Part shown: positions 19,486 through 29,080 of the stretch, in pieces
How the letters are laid out: each line of letters starts with the position of its first letter
Numbering within the stretch: position 1 is the first letter of the stretch
DNA from: a bacterium
GTDB lineage: Bacteria; Patescibacteriota; Patescibacteriia; UBA10025
Assembly (NCBI GenBank): GCA_021815445.1
Contig: JAKAGM010000001.1
Location: forward strand, 403,710-467,709
Length of the DNA stretch: 64,000 nucleotides
Direction: 5' to 3'
Translations under genes and position numbers: made by a program
Notes under the pieces: generated by a model
The model's database searches: none
What the model was told of the DNA's origin: nothing
What the model saw: the letters and a program-made list of their open reading frames with translations, nothing else

Positions 19486-20067
19486 TTACTTCTCATCCCC
19501 CTCCATATACTTCTTAATCACCTTATCCCTCAAATAATCCGCCTTCGTGGTCCTATACTGCTTAGCTTTCAATTTAAGGAAGCGCTCGATCTGAGGAGTA
19601 ATGCGCAAGGTAAACTTGATTGTCGGGAGATCTTTGCTTTCTCCTGTCTCAATGCGGTGCAGGAAATCACTGAGAATCGCGGGCAAATCAGGCTCTTCAT
19701 AGACTTGGATTTTGACCGAGTCGGGAATCTTGCTGTTGGTAAAATAGCCCATGACACTCTTCGCCCCGGAATGCTTTTCATAGAGATAAAGGATTGGCTT
19801 TTTCTGGGCGATGGCGTAGGCGAGGAGGTAACCGACCTCGGAATCCTGGACGGACGCCTCGATGATGATACCGTCCATCTTGTCGAGAACGTTTTCTCCG
19901 GCATCGCTCATGCGCTCTATCTCGCTTTTCGTGAGGTCTTCTTTGCCTTCATGGTCGTGGTTGGTGATGACCATAACGCCCGAATCTTTGAGCACGTCAA
20001 CGATTTTAGCGTACAGCCGCTTGAGGTAATCCCTGTGGTTATAGGTTGTGTGGACAAAGATTCTCAT
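19486..20067 (-). CDS. hypothetical protein with C-terminal ribbon-helix-helix-like tail
   Basis: Start moved to internal ATG (MRIFVHTTYNH...), which overlaps the upstream asparaginase-family stop by 4 nt (ATGA). C-terminal IKFTLRITPQIERFLKLKAKQYRTTKADYLRDKVI resembles a CopG/Arc-type RHH. Confidence 0.5.
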   Translation of the reverse strand: MRIFVHTTYNHRDYLKRLYAKIVDVLKDSGVMVITNHDHEGKEDLTKSEIERMSDAGENVLDKMDGIIIEASVQDSEVGYLLAYAIAQKKPILYLYEKHSGAKSVMGYFTNSKIPDSVKIQVYEEPDLPAILSDFLHRIETGESKDLPTIKFTLRITPQIERFLKLKAKQYRTTKADYLRDKVIKKYMEGDEK

Positions 20068-21080
20068 ACGTTTGCTTTGATGCGTTCTCCGGCAACATCC
20101 CGATAGAGAAGCTTGCGGAACTCCTCTCGTTCGCGAGTCTTTCCGAGTACCCACATGCATTTCGTCAGAGCGGCTTCGTAGGTCATGTCGTTGATAAGAA
20201 TATATTCTTCATTCGCGCGAGTACTCTTGAGAGCGAACAGATTGTGGCAGACCACTGGTATTCCTTTTTCCTGAGCAAGCCTGAGATACGGGATAAATGA
20301 CTGCGGGTAGGGCAACGTACTATATGAACGCAACATGAGCGCGCGACAGCCGGAAGCGATCATCCGCGCTATCTGCTCGGCATGGGACGCCGGCTGGATT
20401 CGCATCGTGCATACATGGTCGTCAAGTGCGGCGTCAACTTTCAGTTTCCCTTTCCCACGCTCTCGGACATGTCCGAAAAGCTTGATGCCAAAGTCGACTT
20501 TGCCAAGAAGACCTTCTCCAATCGGCTCAAAAAAGTTCTGGCCCGGCCCGATGCTCTTGATTGTCTGGTTAGCACGCATCACTCTGTTGCCGTGCATGAT
20601 GACGACTTCGCCGAGGTTCATGGTCGCGACTTGCAAAGCGTTGATAAGATTCGCGCGCACGCCAAGGTTGCGATAATCGCTTACGAGCCCCTCTGAGTCA
20701 GCGGGGCTTTGCATTTCTTTCGCCAGCGGAGAGGTCGTGAGTACGACAGGCTTACCGAGATTGTGCAGCATGAAAGAAAGCATGGCGCCGGTGTAGACAA
20801 TCGTATCTATGCCGTGGGTTACGACGACGCCGTCAACACTCGGATAGAGTTCGCCGATTTTCTTTGCCAACGCGCTCCAAAGCGCCGGAGTAACCTCGGA
20901 AGCAGGGCCGCCAAACACAAAGACGGGCTCGATATCGGCAAGTATGCCAAGCTCGGGCAATTCTTTGAGCCATGCGGTAATTTCCTCTTTTTTTGTTACC
21001 TCAAAAATGCGTCCATCCCCCGTTTGGATTCCTGACCCCCCAAAGAATAGTAATGCGATTTTTGAACGGCTCTTGGCCAT
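20064..21080 (-). CDS. L-asparaginase type I family protein (catalytic threonines apparently substituted)
   Basis: 338 aa, the same length as AnsA. HGIDTIVYTGAMLSFMLHNLGKPVV aligns with the asparaginase HGTDTM...KPVV block; the N-terminal FFGGSGIQTGDG aligns with TGGTIAG. Confidence 0.7.
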   Translation of the reverse strand: MAKSRSKIALLFFGGSGIQTGDGRIFEVTKKEEITAWLKELPELGILADIEPVFVFGGPASEVTPALWSALAKKIGELYPSVDGVVVTHGIDTIVYTGAMLSFMLHNLGKPVVLTTSPLAKEMQSPADSEGLVSDYRNLGVRANLINALQVATMNLGEVVIMHGNRVMRANQTIKSIGPGQNFFEPIGEGLLGKVDFGIKLFGHVRERGKGKLKVDAALDDHVCTMRIQPASHAEQIARMIASGCRALMLRSYSTLPYPQSFIPYLRLAQEKGIPVVCHNLFALKSTRANEEYILINDMTYEAALTKCMWVLGKTREREEFRKLLYRDVAGERIKANV

Positions 21081-21264
21081 ATGTTCAAAATATGGGGCTT
21101 TTTAAAGGAAACTGGAGTAAGTAACAGGTTTTCCACAGCCGTCGCTGACTACCGTGACGGCGCATAAATCTTAGTAGACGGCGCGGTAGATGTCAAGCAC
21201 GAATGAAAAAGGGATGATGCCCCTTTCCGTTCTATTGCTTGCTGACGCACCTTTGGCAGATGAA

Positions 21265-21293
21265 TTGACATTCTATTTCCGGTGCGGTATAGT
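21265..21293 (+). promoter_or_regulatory. sigma70-like promoter (TTGACA-17-TATAGT) for small ORF 21311
   Basis: TTGACA at 21265-21270, 17-nt spacer, TATAGT at 21288-21293. Confidence 0.5.
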
Positions 21294-21310
21294 ATCCAAG
21301 CCATAATTTT

Positions 21311-21562
21311 ATGCTAACCTCTGAAGAAACAAAACAACTCGTACAGGTATTTTCAGAAGTCTTTGCAACCAAAGAAGATATTAGTGTACTTGAGGAAAAA
21401 ATGGAAGAAAACGCCTCCTCTATACTTACAGCCGTAGATGCTTATTCAAAGAAAGCAGATAAATTCTTCCAAGAGCTTCTTGTGTTGGCACATCGGGTCG
21501 ATCGTCATGAAAAGTGGATCCATCAGATAGCTGAAAAGCTCGGAGTAAAGCTCGAGTACTAA
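21311..21562 (+). CDS. hypothetical small protein (83 aa, helical)
   Basis: ORF immediately downstream of a consensus promoter. No recognisable domain. Confidence 0.4.
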   Translation: MLTSEETKQLVQVFSEVFATKEDISVLEEKMEENASSILTAVDAYSKKADKFFQELLVLAHRVDRHEKWIHQIAEKLGVKLEY

Positions 21563-21948
21563 TCAATTCGGTAATAACCCATCACTCCAAAAAATAATTT
21601 CGGTGAGTTCTTGCAATTTTTCTAATGGGGTCAAACAAAAAAGTCTCTCACCATCTTGAGCGAGCCCCGCGGCCGCGGGGCGAACGAAGGATCCCGCGGA
21701 TATACGGAATACCGAATGCTGCTACCGGATTCTTCGTCGTGCCACTATAGCGGGACTCCTCAGAATGGGTTAAGTTTTTATTCCTTTCCCTCCTCAATGA
21801 TTCCCCAAATACAACGGGGGAGAAAACTGCTTCTCCCCGCGTAAGACAAAGATACTGATAGTGTATTGTGTTTTGGGAAAACCTAAGGAGATAGAACTGA
21901 AATCCTCCGTCCACTACGCTTTACTGCACGCTTTACTTCGAGTGCGCA

Positions 21949-22602
21949 TTAGGGTCTTGTGAACCACACTGCGTTACCAATCCAGGATTGATTCGCGCAA
22001 AACCCGTTATATACCGACATGAAGCCGCCAAGATAAGCAGCTAGTGCGCCGGTGATTGCGCCGATGCCAGGGAGATAATACGCGCCTCCGCTGCCTACTA
22101 CGCCTAGCATGGTGACAATCCTCCACCCATCCGCGCCCCAGTAGCAGCACTTACGGCCCCACCAGAACCACCAGCAGGCGGATCCGGCTGCCATTGACTG
22201 GCCAGACCGTATTTCCTTGTTGGCAACCTGGATACCCTGGTTCAGCTCGCTGGCGATTTTCATCTCGTCGCTGGTGAGCTGGTTGGCGTTCAGGAATCCC
22301 TGGAAGTCGATGGAGTACAATCCGTCTTTGCTCCGGGAGACATATGGATCCATCTTGGCAATTGTGGTCTCGTAGAGCCGGCCTTTCGTTTCCAGCGTAT
22401 CGAGACCGATGTTGGTCTGTTGGGAAATTTCCGGTTTTGGTGCGTTGATCCGCGTCTTGCTCATGCAACCAATAACGGCGGCTGCGATGATGATAGACAC
22501 GACGAGTGTTCCAATTAGCCTTTTTTGCACTGTGAAATCCTTTCTACTTGTGCGTTTCTGTTCAGGGTTGTGCTGTTGGTTGATCCCTGAGCAGTACTTC
22601 AA
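21949..22602 (-). CDS. lipoprotein with Cys/Trp-rich motif and C-terminal glycine-zipper helix
   Basis: Lipobox AAVIGC. Motif ACWWFWWGRKCCYWGADGW. C-terminal GVVGSGGAYYLPGIGAITGALAAYLGG. Confidence 0.5.
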   Translation of the reverse strand: MKYCSGINQQHNPEQKRTSRKDFTVQKRLIGTLVVSIIIAAAVIGCMSKTRINAPKPEISQQTNIGLDTLETKGRLYETTIAKMDPYVSRSKDGLYSIDFQGFLNANQLTSDEMKIASELNQGIQVANKEIRSGQSMAAGSACWWFWWGRKCCYWGADGWRIVTMLGVVGSGGAYYLPGIGAITGALAAYLGGFMSVYNGFCANQSWIGNAVWFTRP

Positions 22603-22922
22603 CCGGTTGACAATGCGCTCATGCGCTACTTACATAGGATTTTCGCCATAGGCATAATCTCCTTTCAGGTTTGAAATGAGCGGTTTTTTACTATTTGCTG
22701 CCCTCCAATTTCAACCTATTCGCTTTTTTAACTAATGTCAATAGTGCCCGAGACGTTTATAAAGACCGCCACCCTGAGCTTGACTCCCCGGCCTCGCTCC
22801 GCGAAGCGGGGCGGGCAGGGTCCCGAAGTATTACAACGGGACTTCGGGTCCCTCCTGAGGCGGGCAGGCAAGCCCGGAGTGGTGTGATAATAAGGTTAAG
22901 CCTTTGGTACGCCCGGAGGACT

Positions 22923-24038
22923 CTATTTCTTTACAAACTTTATCACCACAATCTCAGGATGGTTGCCCGTGCGCATGGGAGGACCCCAGGTGCCGACGCC
23001 GTCAGAAGTGTAGAGTGAAAAGTTGCCGTCAGTATGCAGGCCGTAATCATCGCCCTGATATACTTTGTGGGTAATATAATTGAACGGCCACATCTGGCCG
23101 AGGTGCGTGTGGCCCGAGAGCATGAGATTTGCACCGGCGTCTTTGAATAATTTCACTAAAGCGACTTTCGGCTCGTGGTAGAGCACGATGCTCGGTTTGG
23201 TCCTGTCTATCAGACCGGCTAATGTAGCAAAATCTTTCTTCTCCCCTACCTGAGGATAATTCACGCCCAAAATCTGCATACCATTAACATCAACCACTTT
23301 ATCACTCAATAGTTTTGCTTTAGTTTCCCTGACCGCAGCTAGAGACTTGTTCAAACTGACATAGGTCTCGTGGTTTCCGGTGATGTAATAGACTCCCAAC
23401 TGCGCCTGAAGGTCGTTAATCGGCGACGCGAGATGGTTCAGTTTCTGACCGGCTCCGTCAAAGAGGTCGCCGGTGATGAACACGATGTCCGGCTTGGCCT
23501 TGTTGGTCAACTTTATTACCTTGTCCATGAACCCGTAACGATGAATGGGCCCGAGATGGATATCGGAAAGCTGGACTGCGGTCACCCCCTGCCAGGAGGA
23601 GGGAAGGTCTTTTATCGCAACCGTTATATTTTTAATTCGTGGATTCTGCGCATTCCATAATCCGTACACGGAATACGCCAGGGCGATACACAAAAAGACT
23701 ACCGCGGTGCCGGCAACCGGAAAATGTCCCTTGAGCACTTTGTCGATCAATAAAATTATCCACACACCTACGGTAGCTAAAGCGAAGTACCACGCTATTC
23801 CCAGCCAGGCTGATGAGAGCAAATAGAGTTTTTCTGTGAGGAAGCTTTCCTTCCAATGCACGAGCACCGTGGAGATGATAAAGCTCACCGAGAGGATCGC
23901 CATGACGATGCCCAACACCTTCCTGGCCTGGCTGCCGTCAATACTAAAAAAATGAACCCAGGAATAATACAGGCCTGCGTGCCCGCAGAAAATAATTAGC
24001 GCTGCGATGAGGATAAAGAGTACCACAAGCATCTTCAT
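22923..24038 (-). CDS. membrane-anchored metallophosphoesterase (calcineurin-like)
   Basis: 371 aa. 5-6 N-terminal TM helices. Phosphoesterase motifs DIHLG, GDLFDGAG, GNHE, SGHTHLGQ. Confidence 0.75.
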   Translation of the reverse strand: MKMLVVLFILIAALIIFCGHAGLYYSWVHFFSIDGSQARKVLGIVMAILSVSFIISTVLVHWKESFLTEKLYLLSSAWLGIAWYFALATVGVWIILLIDKVLKGHFPVAGTAVVFLCIALAYSVYGLWNAQNPRIKNITVAIKDLPSSWQGVTAVQLSDIHLGPIHRYGFMDKVIKLTNKAKPDIVFITGDLFDGAGQKLNHLASPINDLQAQLGVYYITGNHETYVSLNKSLAAVRETKAKLLSDKVVDVNGMQILGVNYPQVGEKKDFATLAGLIDRTKPSIVLYHEPKVALVKLFKDAGANLMLSGHTHLGQMWPFNYITHKVYQGDDYGLHTDGNFSLYTSDGVGTWGPPMRTGNHPEIVVIKFVKK

Positions 24039-24054
24039 AAAATAATATTCTTTT

Positions 24055-26151
24055 CTACATCCTCATCGCCGGGGCCATCGGCCGCATCGGCTTGGGCGAC
24101 TGAGGAAGTTCTTCAATCATCGGCGCCACGAACTGGCTGTTATAGAGCGAGGCGTAAAAGGCGTTCTTGGCGAGGAGCTCCTCATGCTTGCCCTGCTCGA
24201 CGATATTACCGTCGCGCATCACAAGGATAAGATCGGCATGCCGTATAGTGGAGAGCCTGTGCGCGATAACAAAGCTTGTTTTGCCCTTCATCAGCCGCTC
24301 CATTGCTTGTTGAATCAGCACTTCCGTGCGGGTATCGACTGAGCTTGTCGCCTCGTCGAGGATAAGCATCGGAGTCTTAATAAGCATGGCGCGCGCAATA
24401 GTTAATAGCTGTTTCTCGCCTTGAGAGATATTGTTTGCCTCCTCGTCGAGCACCATGTCGTACCCGTGTGGCAGTGAATGGACAAAGTGGTCCACATGCG
24501 CCGCCTGTGCCGCTTCGGTAATTTCAGCATCAGTGGCGCCGGGTTTGCCGTAGGCCAGGTTTTCGCGGATGGTGCCATTGAATAACCATGTGTCCTGGAG
24601 CACCATGCCGAACAGTCTTCGAACATCCGCGCGTGTCATAGAATGAATATCCACACCGTCGACCCGGATTGAACCGCTGTTGATGTCATAGAACCGCATC
24701 AGTAAATTGACCATCGTGGTTTTGCCCGCGCCCGTCGGCCCGACGATTGCGATGCGCTGGCCGGGCTTTATGGAGGCGGTGAAATCGTTGATGATGATTT
24801 TCTCGGGCGTGTATCCGAAATGCACATGGTCGAATTCGACTGCGCCGTGGACTTGCTTCAGCTTTTTGGAATCAGCGGCGTCCGGTATCTCCTCGCTCTC
24901 GGCAAGGAACTCAAACACGCGTTCAGCTGCCGCCGCAGTTGATTGCATGACATTGGCGATGTTGGCCGTCTGGATGATCGGCTGGTTAAACTGGTTCACA
25001 TACTGCATGAACGCCTGGATATCGCCGATGTTGAGGCGGCCATGAATAGCGAGGATGCCGCCGAGGACGGCAACGCCGACATATCCGAGGTTGCCGACAA
25101 AGTTAATAATCGGGAAAAGGAGGCCCGAGAGGAACTGCGATTTCCACGCGCTCCCGTACAGCTCGGTGTTATGTTTGGTGAAAATTTCAATCGAGCGGGC
25201 TTGGCCGTTAAACACTTTCATCACGCTGTGGCCGCCGTACATCTCCTCGATGTGCCCGTTGAGATGGCCGAGCGTGTCCTGCTGGAGTTTGAAATACCTT
25301 TGGGAACGCTTGACGACGAACCCTATCAGGCCGAAGCTCAGGGGCAGGGTCACGAGCGCGACGAGCGTCAAATGCCAGCTGATGGAAATCATCATGGCAA
25401 GGATGCCGATAATCATGGTGACAGACGTGATGATCTGCGTGAGAGACTGGTTCAACGTCTGGCTCACCGTGTCAACGTCGTTCGTGATGCGGCTCAAGAC
25501 TTCGCCGTGCGTCGTCCTGTCGAAATAGCGGAGCGGCATCCGGCCGATCTTCGTGGAGATATCCTGCCGGAACTTGTACGTAATCTTTTGGCTGACATTG
25601 GTCATGATCCAGCTCTGGATGTAGCTGAAGATCGCGCTCAGGCCAAAGAGCACCATCAGCTCTATGGCGATAGTGATAAGTTTCTGGTAATCGAAGGACG
25701 GCCGAGTCGACAGGTCAAGGTTGGCAATGTCATTGCGCACGACAGCCGGGATTTTATCAGCTATGGCCGACGGCAGATTCTTTATCAGGGCGGCGCCCTT
25801 CGTGCCGGCGGGAAGTTTCGTGCCGGGAGGCAGCTTGGCCGTGAGCTGGTCATACGCCGTCCGGTGGATGAAATCATTGACCACCTGGTTCGTCATTTTG
25901 CCCAAGATTTTCGGACTGGCGATGGCGAATATAGTGCTCGCAATAGTGAAGAAAGCGACAACAGCGAGCGACCGCCAAAACGGCTTGATGTAACCTCCGA
26001 GTTGCCGCATCGTTTTTTTAAAGTTTTTCGGCTTCTGGGCAATACCCATCATGCCCATCGGATTGCCGCGGCCCATCGGCCCGACGCGCGGAGGATCTGC
26101 CGGAGAATTCCCGGTTTGTCCTGTTGGAATTGCGGGTCTGCGGGCCGTCAT
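24055..26151 (-). CDS. ABC exporter, fused permease/ATP-binding protein (heterodimer partner 1)
   Basis: 698 aa. Six-TM transmembrane domain, Walker A GPTGAGKTT, signature LSQGEKQLL, Walker B LILDEATSSVD. 4-nt overlap with the upstream partner. Confidence 0.85.
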   Translation of the reverse strand: MTARRPAIPTGQTGNSPADPPRVGPMGRGNPMGMMGIAQKPKNFKKTMRQLGGYIKPFWRSLAVVAFFTIASTIFAIASPKILGKMTNQVVNDFIHRTAYDQLTAKLPPGTKLPAGTKGAALIKNLPSAIADKIPAVVRNDIANLDLSTRPSFDYQKLITIAIELMVLFGLSAIFSYIQSWIMTNVSQKITYKFRQDISTKIGRMPLRYFDRTTHGEVLSRITNDVDTVSQTLNQSLTQIITSVTMIIGILAMMISISWHLTLVALVTLPLSFGLIGFVVKRSQRYFKLQQDTLGHLNGHIEEMYGGHSVMKVFNGQARSIEIFTKHNTELYGSAWKSQFLSGLLFPIINFVGNLGYVGVAVLGGILAIHGRLNIGDIQAFMQYVNQFNQPIIQTANIANVMQSTAAAAERVFEFLAESEEIPDAADSKKLKQVHGAVEFDHVHFGYTPEKIIINDFTASIKPGQRIAIVGPTGAGKTTMVNLLMRFYDINSGSIRVDGVDIHSMTRADVRRLFGMVLQDTWLFNGTIRENLAYGKPGATDAEITEAAQAAHVDHFVHSLPHGYDMVLDEEANNISQGEKQLLTIARAMLIKTPMLILDEATSSVDTRTEVLIQQAMERLMKGKTSFVIAHRLSTIRHADLILVMRDGNIVEQGKHEELLAKNAFYASLYNSQFVAPMIEELPQSPKPMRPMAPAMRM

Positions 26152-27926
26152 AGTGAAACCTCCCCTGTTACTTGTTTTGGAACACGTCCCGGATGGCTCC
26201 GTAATTCTTCCTCTGAAAGCTGTGACGAGGCGATTTCGCGGTACACGGTGCAGGTCTTCATTAGCTCATTGTGCGTCCCCTGCCCCACGACCCGGCCCTC
26301 ATCGAGTACGACAATTTTGTCAGCGTTCATGATAGTGCTGATCCTTTGCGCGACAATCAAGACCGTCTTGTCCTTTGTCGCGTGTGAAAGCGCCTGGCGC
26401 AGTTTCGCGTCAGTGGTAAAGTCCAGCGCTGAAAAACTGTCGTCAAATATGTAAATCAGCGGCTTGCGGATGATGGCGCGGGCGATGGACAGCCTCTGCT
26501 TTTGTCCGCCTGAGACGTTCGTGCCGCCCTGGGAAATTTCTCCCTGGTACCCGCCTTTGAGTTTCTCCACGAAATCTTTCGCCTGGGCAAGCTCGGCGGC
26601 ATTACGAACCTCATTTTCTGAAGCGTTCGGCACGCCGTATTTCAAATTACTTTCTACGGTGCCGGAGAACAATATCCCCCGTTGCGGGACATAGCCGATT
26701 TTCGAGTACACGTCCTCCATCCTCATTGAACGGATATCCACACCGTCAATCTTTACCGCGCCTTTGGTCACGTCGTAGAACCGCGGTATCAGGTTGATGA
26801 GCGTAGACTTGCCGCTCCCCGTGCTCCCGACAAACGCCGTCGTCTGTCCGGGCAATGCAGTAAAAGAAATATCATGCAGGACCGGCACGTCGGCGCCTTC
26901 ATAGGTGTACGTCACATGGTCAAACTCCACTTTCCCGCCGTGAACTGTATTGGCATCAACAGGATGTTCGGGATCCTTCACCGTCGCCTCTGTCGCGATC
27001 ACCTTGCCGATGCGGTCAGCCGACACCGACGCTCTCGGCACGAGAATGAATACTATCGTAATCAAAAGGAACGCAAATATGGCCTGCATCGCATACTGCA
27101 TGAACGCAATCATCTGGCCGATCTGCAAATTCCCCATATCAACAAGATGCGCGCCGTACCACACGACGGCGAGCGTGGTAAAGTTCATAATTAGCAGCAT
27201 AATCGGCTGCATAATCACCAACAGCCGGTTCACAAACAGATTGACTTTCGTGAGCTCGACGTTTGCGCTGTCAAACTTTTGCTCTTCCACCGGCTCGCGA
27301 TTGAATGCGCGTATCACGCGGAGACCGGTAAGTATTTCGCGGCTGACTAGGTTGAGCCGGTCGACGAGCTTCTGGAGCTTTTTAAACTTCGGGATGGCAA
27401 TGGCGAACAAGACAGCGATAATGGCAATAAGTATGCCGACGGCGAGGCCCATTATCCACGTCATCGACGGGGCATTCTGGTACGCTTTGATAATGGCCCA
27501 CACGCCCATAAACGGCGCCATCAACGCCATACGCAACAGCATCGTCAATACCATCTGTATTTGCTGGACGTCATTCGTGGAGCGGGTGATGAGCGACGCG
27601 GTAGAGAACTTGTTGAACTCATTGAGCGAAAAACTCTCCACCTTGGCAAATGTTGCCGCGCGAATGTCGCGCGAAAAGCCGGCCGCTATCCGTGACGCGA
27701 ACCAGCCGACGACGACGCTCGCCCCCGCAGCGCCAAGCGCGACAAAAAGCATCTTCCACCCTGTGCTCCACACTACCGACAGGTCCTGCGCGACAATGCC
27801 TTTGTTAATGATAGTAGCCATGTAGTCGGGCAATGCCAACGTGGCCGCGACCATGGCGTATACCATGACGAGCAAAAAGAAAAACTGCCAGAGATACGGT
27901 TTAAAATATGGGAGAATCTTTTTCAC
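26148..27926 (-). CDS. ABC exporter, fused permease/ATP-binding protein (heterodimer partner 2)
   Basis: 592 aa. Walker A GSTGSGKST, signature VSGGQKQRLSIAR, Walker B YIFDDSFSALD. Confidence 0.85.
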   Translation of the reverse strand: MKKILPYFKPYLWQFFFLLVMVYAMVAATLALPDYMATIINKGIVAQDLSVVWSTGWKMLFVALGAAGASVVVGWFASRIAAGFSRDIRAATFAKVESFSLNEFNKFSTASLITRSTNDVQQIQMVLTMLLRMALMAPFMGVWAIIKAYQNAPSMTWIMGLAVGILIAIIAVLFAIAIPKFKKLQKLVDRLNLVSREILTGLRVIRAFNREPVEEQKFDSANVELTKVNLFVNRLLVIMQPIMLLIMNFTTLAVVWYGAHLVDMGNLQIGQMIAFMQYAMQAIFAFLLITIVFILVPRASVSADRIGKVIATEATVKDPEHPVDANTVHGGKVEFDHVTYTYEGADVPVLHDISFTALPGQTTAFVGSTGSGKSTLINLIPRFYDVTKGAVKIDGVDIRSMRMEDVYSKIGYVPQRGILFSGTVESNLKYGVPNASENEVRNAAELAQAKDFVEKLKGGYQGEISQGGTNVSGGQKQRLSIARAIIRKPLIYIFDDSFSALDFTTDAKLRQALSHATKDKTVLIVAQRISTIMNADKIVVLDEGRVVGQGTHNELMKTCTVYREIASSQLSEEELRSHPGRVPKQVTGEVSL

Positions 27927-27943
27927 GCTCTATATATAGTATG

Positions 27944-28561
27944 TTAGAAGCCGAGGTCTTCATTGACCAGGATCATCCTGACCTTCCGGCCCATCCTTGT
28001 GTTTTCGCGTTTGAAAATGAGAATCTTGGAAACCATCGTGTGGACTTTTGATGCCGCCATCATCCTCGCATCTTCGAGCGGCACGACGTGCTTTTCGAGC
28101 CGGTCAAAAGTGTCCGCGAGCGTCGGCACGATTTTTTTCGTGCTGACGACGAAAATCAGGTTCGGCGAGGTAAAGTCTATATGCGACAGTTGGCTTCCTG
28201 TATTTGAGGCGATGATAAACTCCCCTGTCTGGGAGAGCGCGTGGACACTGCCGAGATAAAAGTCGGACAGCTTTGCTTGCCTGGTGAGCGCCTTCTTTTT
28301 TACAGGGTCTGTTTCGGCGAGTATCGGCCCTTTCAGGTTGTCCCAGCCGTGCTTGCCCGCTTTGAGGTAATCAATAAAGCCGATCTGCTCGAGAGTGCGC
28401 GAAGCGCCGTTCATCACCGAAGCTCCGGCGGGGATAAACTCTTTTATCTTGTTCAGCGCCTCAGCGCCATGCTCGACCACAATAGCTTCAACGCCGTTGG
28501 CTTTCAGCGCCTCGACGGTCTTCGCAACGGTTTCCGGTGTAGCAAGTTTGTTGTAGTCCAT
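27944..28561 (-). CDS. LUD-domain (LutC/YkgG-like, DUF162) protein
   Basis: 205-aa ORF with a recalled resemblance to lactate-utilisation LutC family proteins. Confidence 0.5.
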   Translation of the reverse strand: MDYNKLATPETVAKTVEALKANGVEAIVVEHGAEALNKIKEFIPAGASVMNGASRTLEQIGFIDYLKAGKHGWDNLKGPILAETDPVKKKALTRQAKLSDFYLGSVHALSQTGEFIIASNTGSQLSHIDFTSPNLIFVVSTKKIVPTLADTFDRLEKHVVPLEDARMMAASKVHTMVSKILIFKRENTRMGRKVRMILVNEDLGF

Positions 28562-28578
28562 GTGCCAGTATTGCTACG

Positions 28579-28821
28579 TTACTTTTTTACCGACTTTGCA
28601 ACTTTTCTGATGGCGGCCAGCCGCTGCATCATGTGCTGTTCAAACTTGGCGAGGTGCTCGAGCTTTGCGAATGCCAGCATGCCGAAGCCCATGGAGAAAA
28701 CAAGGAGCTTTTCCTTTTTCTTGAGCTTCATCGCAATCCTCGCCTCAGCGGGTATCACGACCTGCCCTTTCTCGCCGAGCGTCGTAGTCCCATAAAATGC
28801 GGGGTTTGTGTGTGGGTTCAT
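28579..28821 (-). CDS. AbrB/MazE/SpoVT-family DNA-binding protein
   Basis: 80 aa. N-terminal LGEKGQVVIPAEARIAMKL swapped-hairpin motif. Confidence 0.6.
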   Translation of the reverse strand: MNPHTNPAFYGTTTLGEKGQVVIPAEARIAMKLKKKEKLLVFSMGFGMLAFAKLEHLAKFEQHMMQRLAAIRKVAKSVKK

Positions 28822-29080
28822 AGGTGTTTCCTACTTGTAAGAAATGTATAATATTGGGAGTATAGCAAAAGACGGGGAGATGTCAAGATAGGCAGCTCGG
28901 GCAGACCGGACTGTGTTGATATTTGAGGCTATCCAATAGGAAAAAGGCTTCTTTAAAGAGCTTGCGACTAAGACTAGAAAAGAGTTCTTATCCCTATTTA
29001 CACTCCGTAGGCGGTAATAAAAAAAATTACTTGATTTGGACCCTTATCAAGTACAAATGGACTAACACCGGTGAAGACTG

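Noticed and set aside
21648-21914. 88-aa minus-strand ORF in the 21.6-21.9 kb gap
   Set aside because: There is no RBS, the composition is odd, and it is built across strong palindromes. The region is treated as a candidate non-coding RNA or repeat.
22695-23018. 107-aa plus-strand ORF over the GC-rich hairpin element
   Set aside because: It is open only because of GC-rich palindromic sequence. It has no start context and overlaps the 3' end of the phosphoesterase gene.
24943-26454. 503-aa ORF antisense to the ABC exporter genes, and similar long antisense ORFs (36124..36879 and 41930..43414 opposite purH and ftsI)
   Set aside because: They lie entirely within the opposite strand of genes with unambiguous Walker/signature or enzyme motifs. 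Their composition is R/H/D-rich and typical of antisense frames in GC-rich coding DNA.
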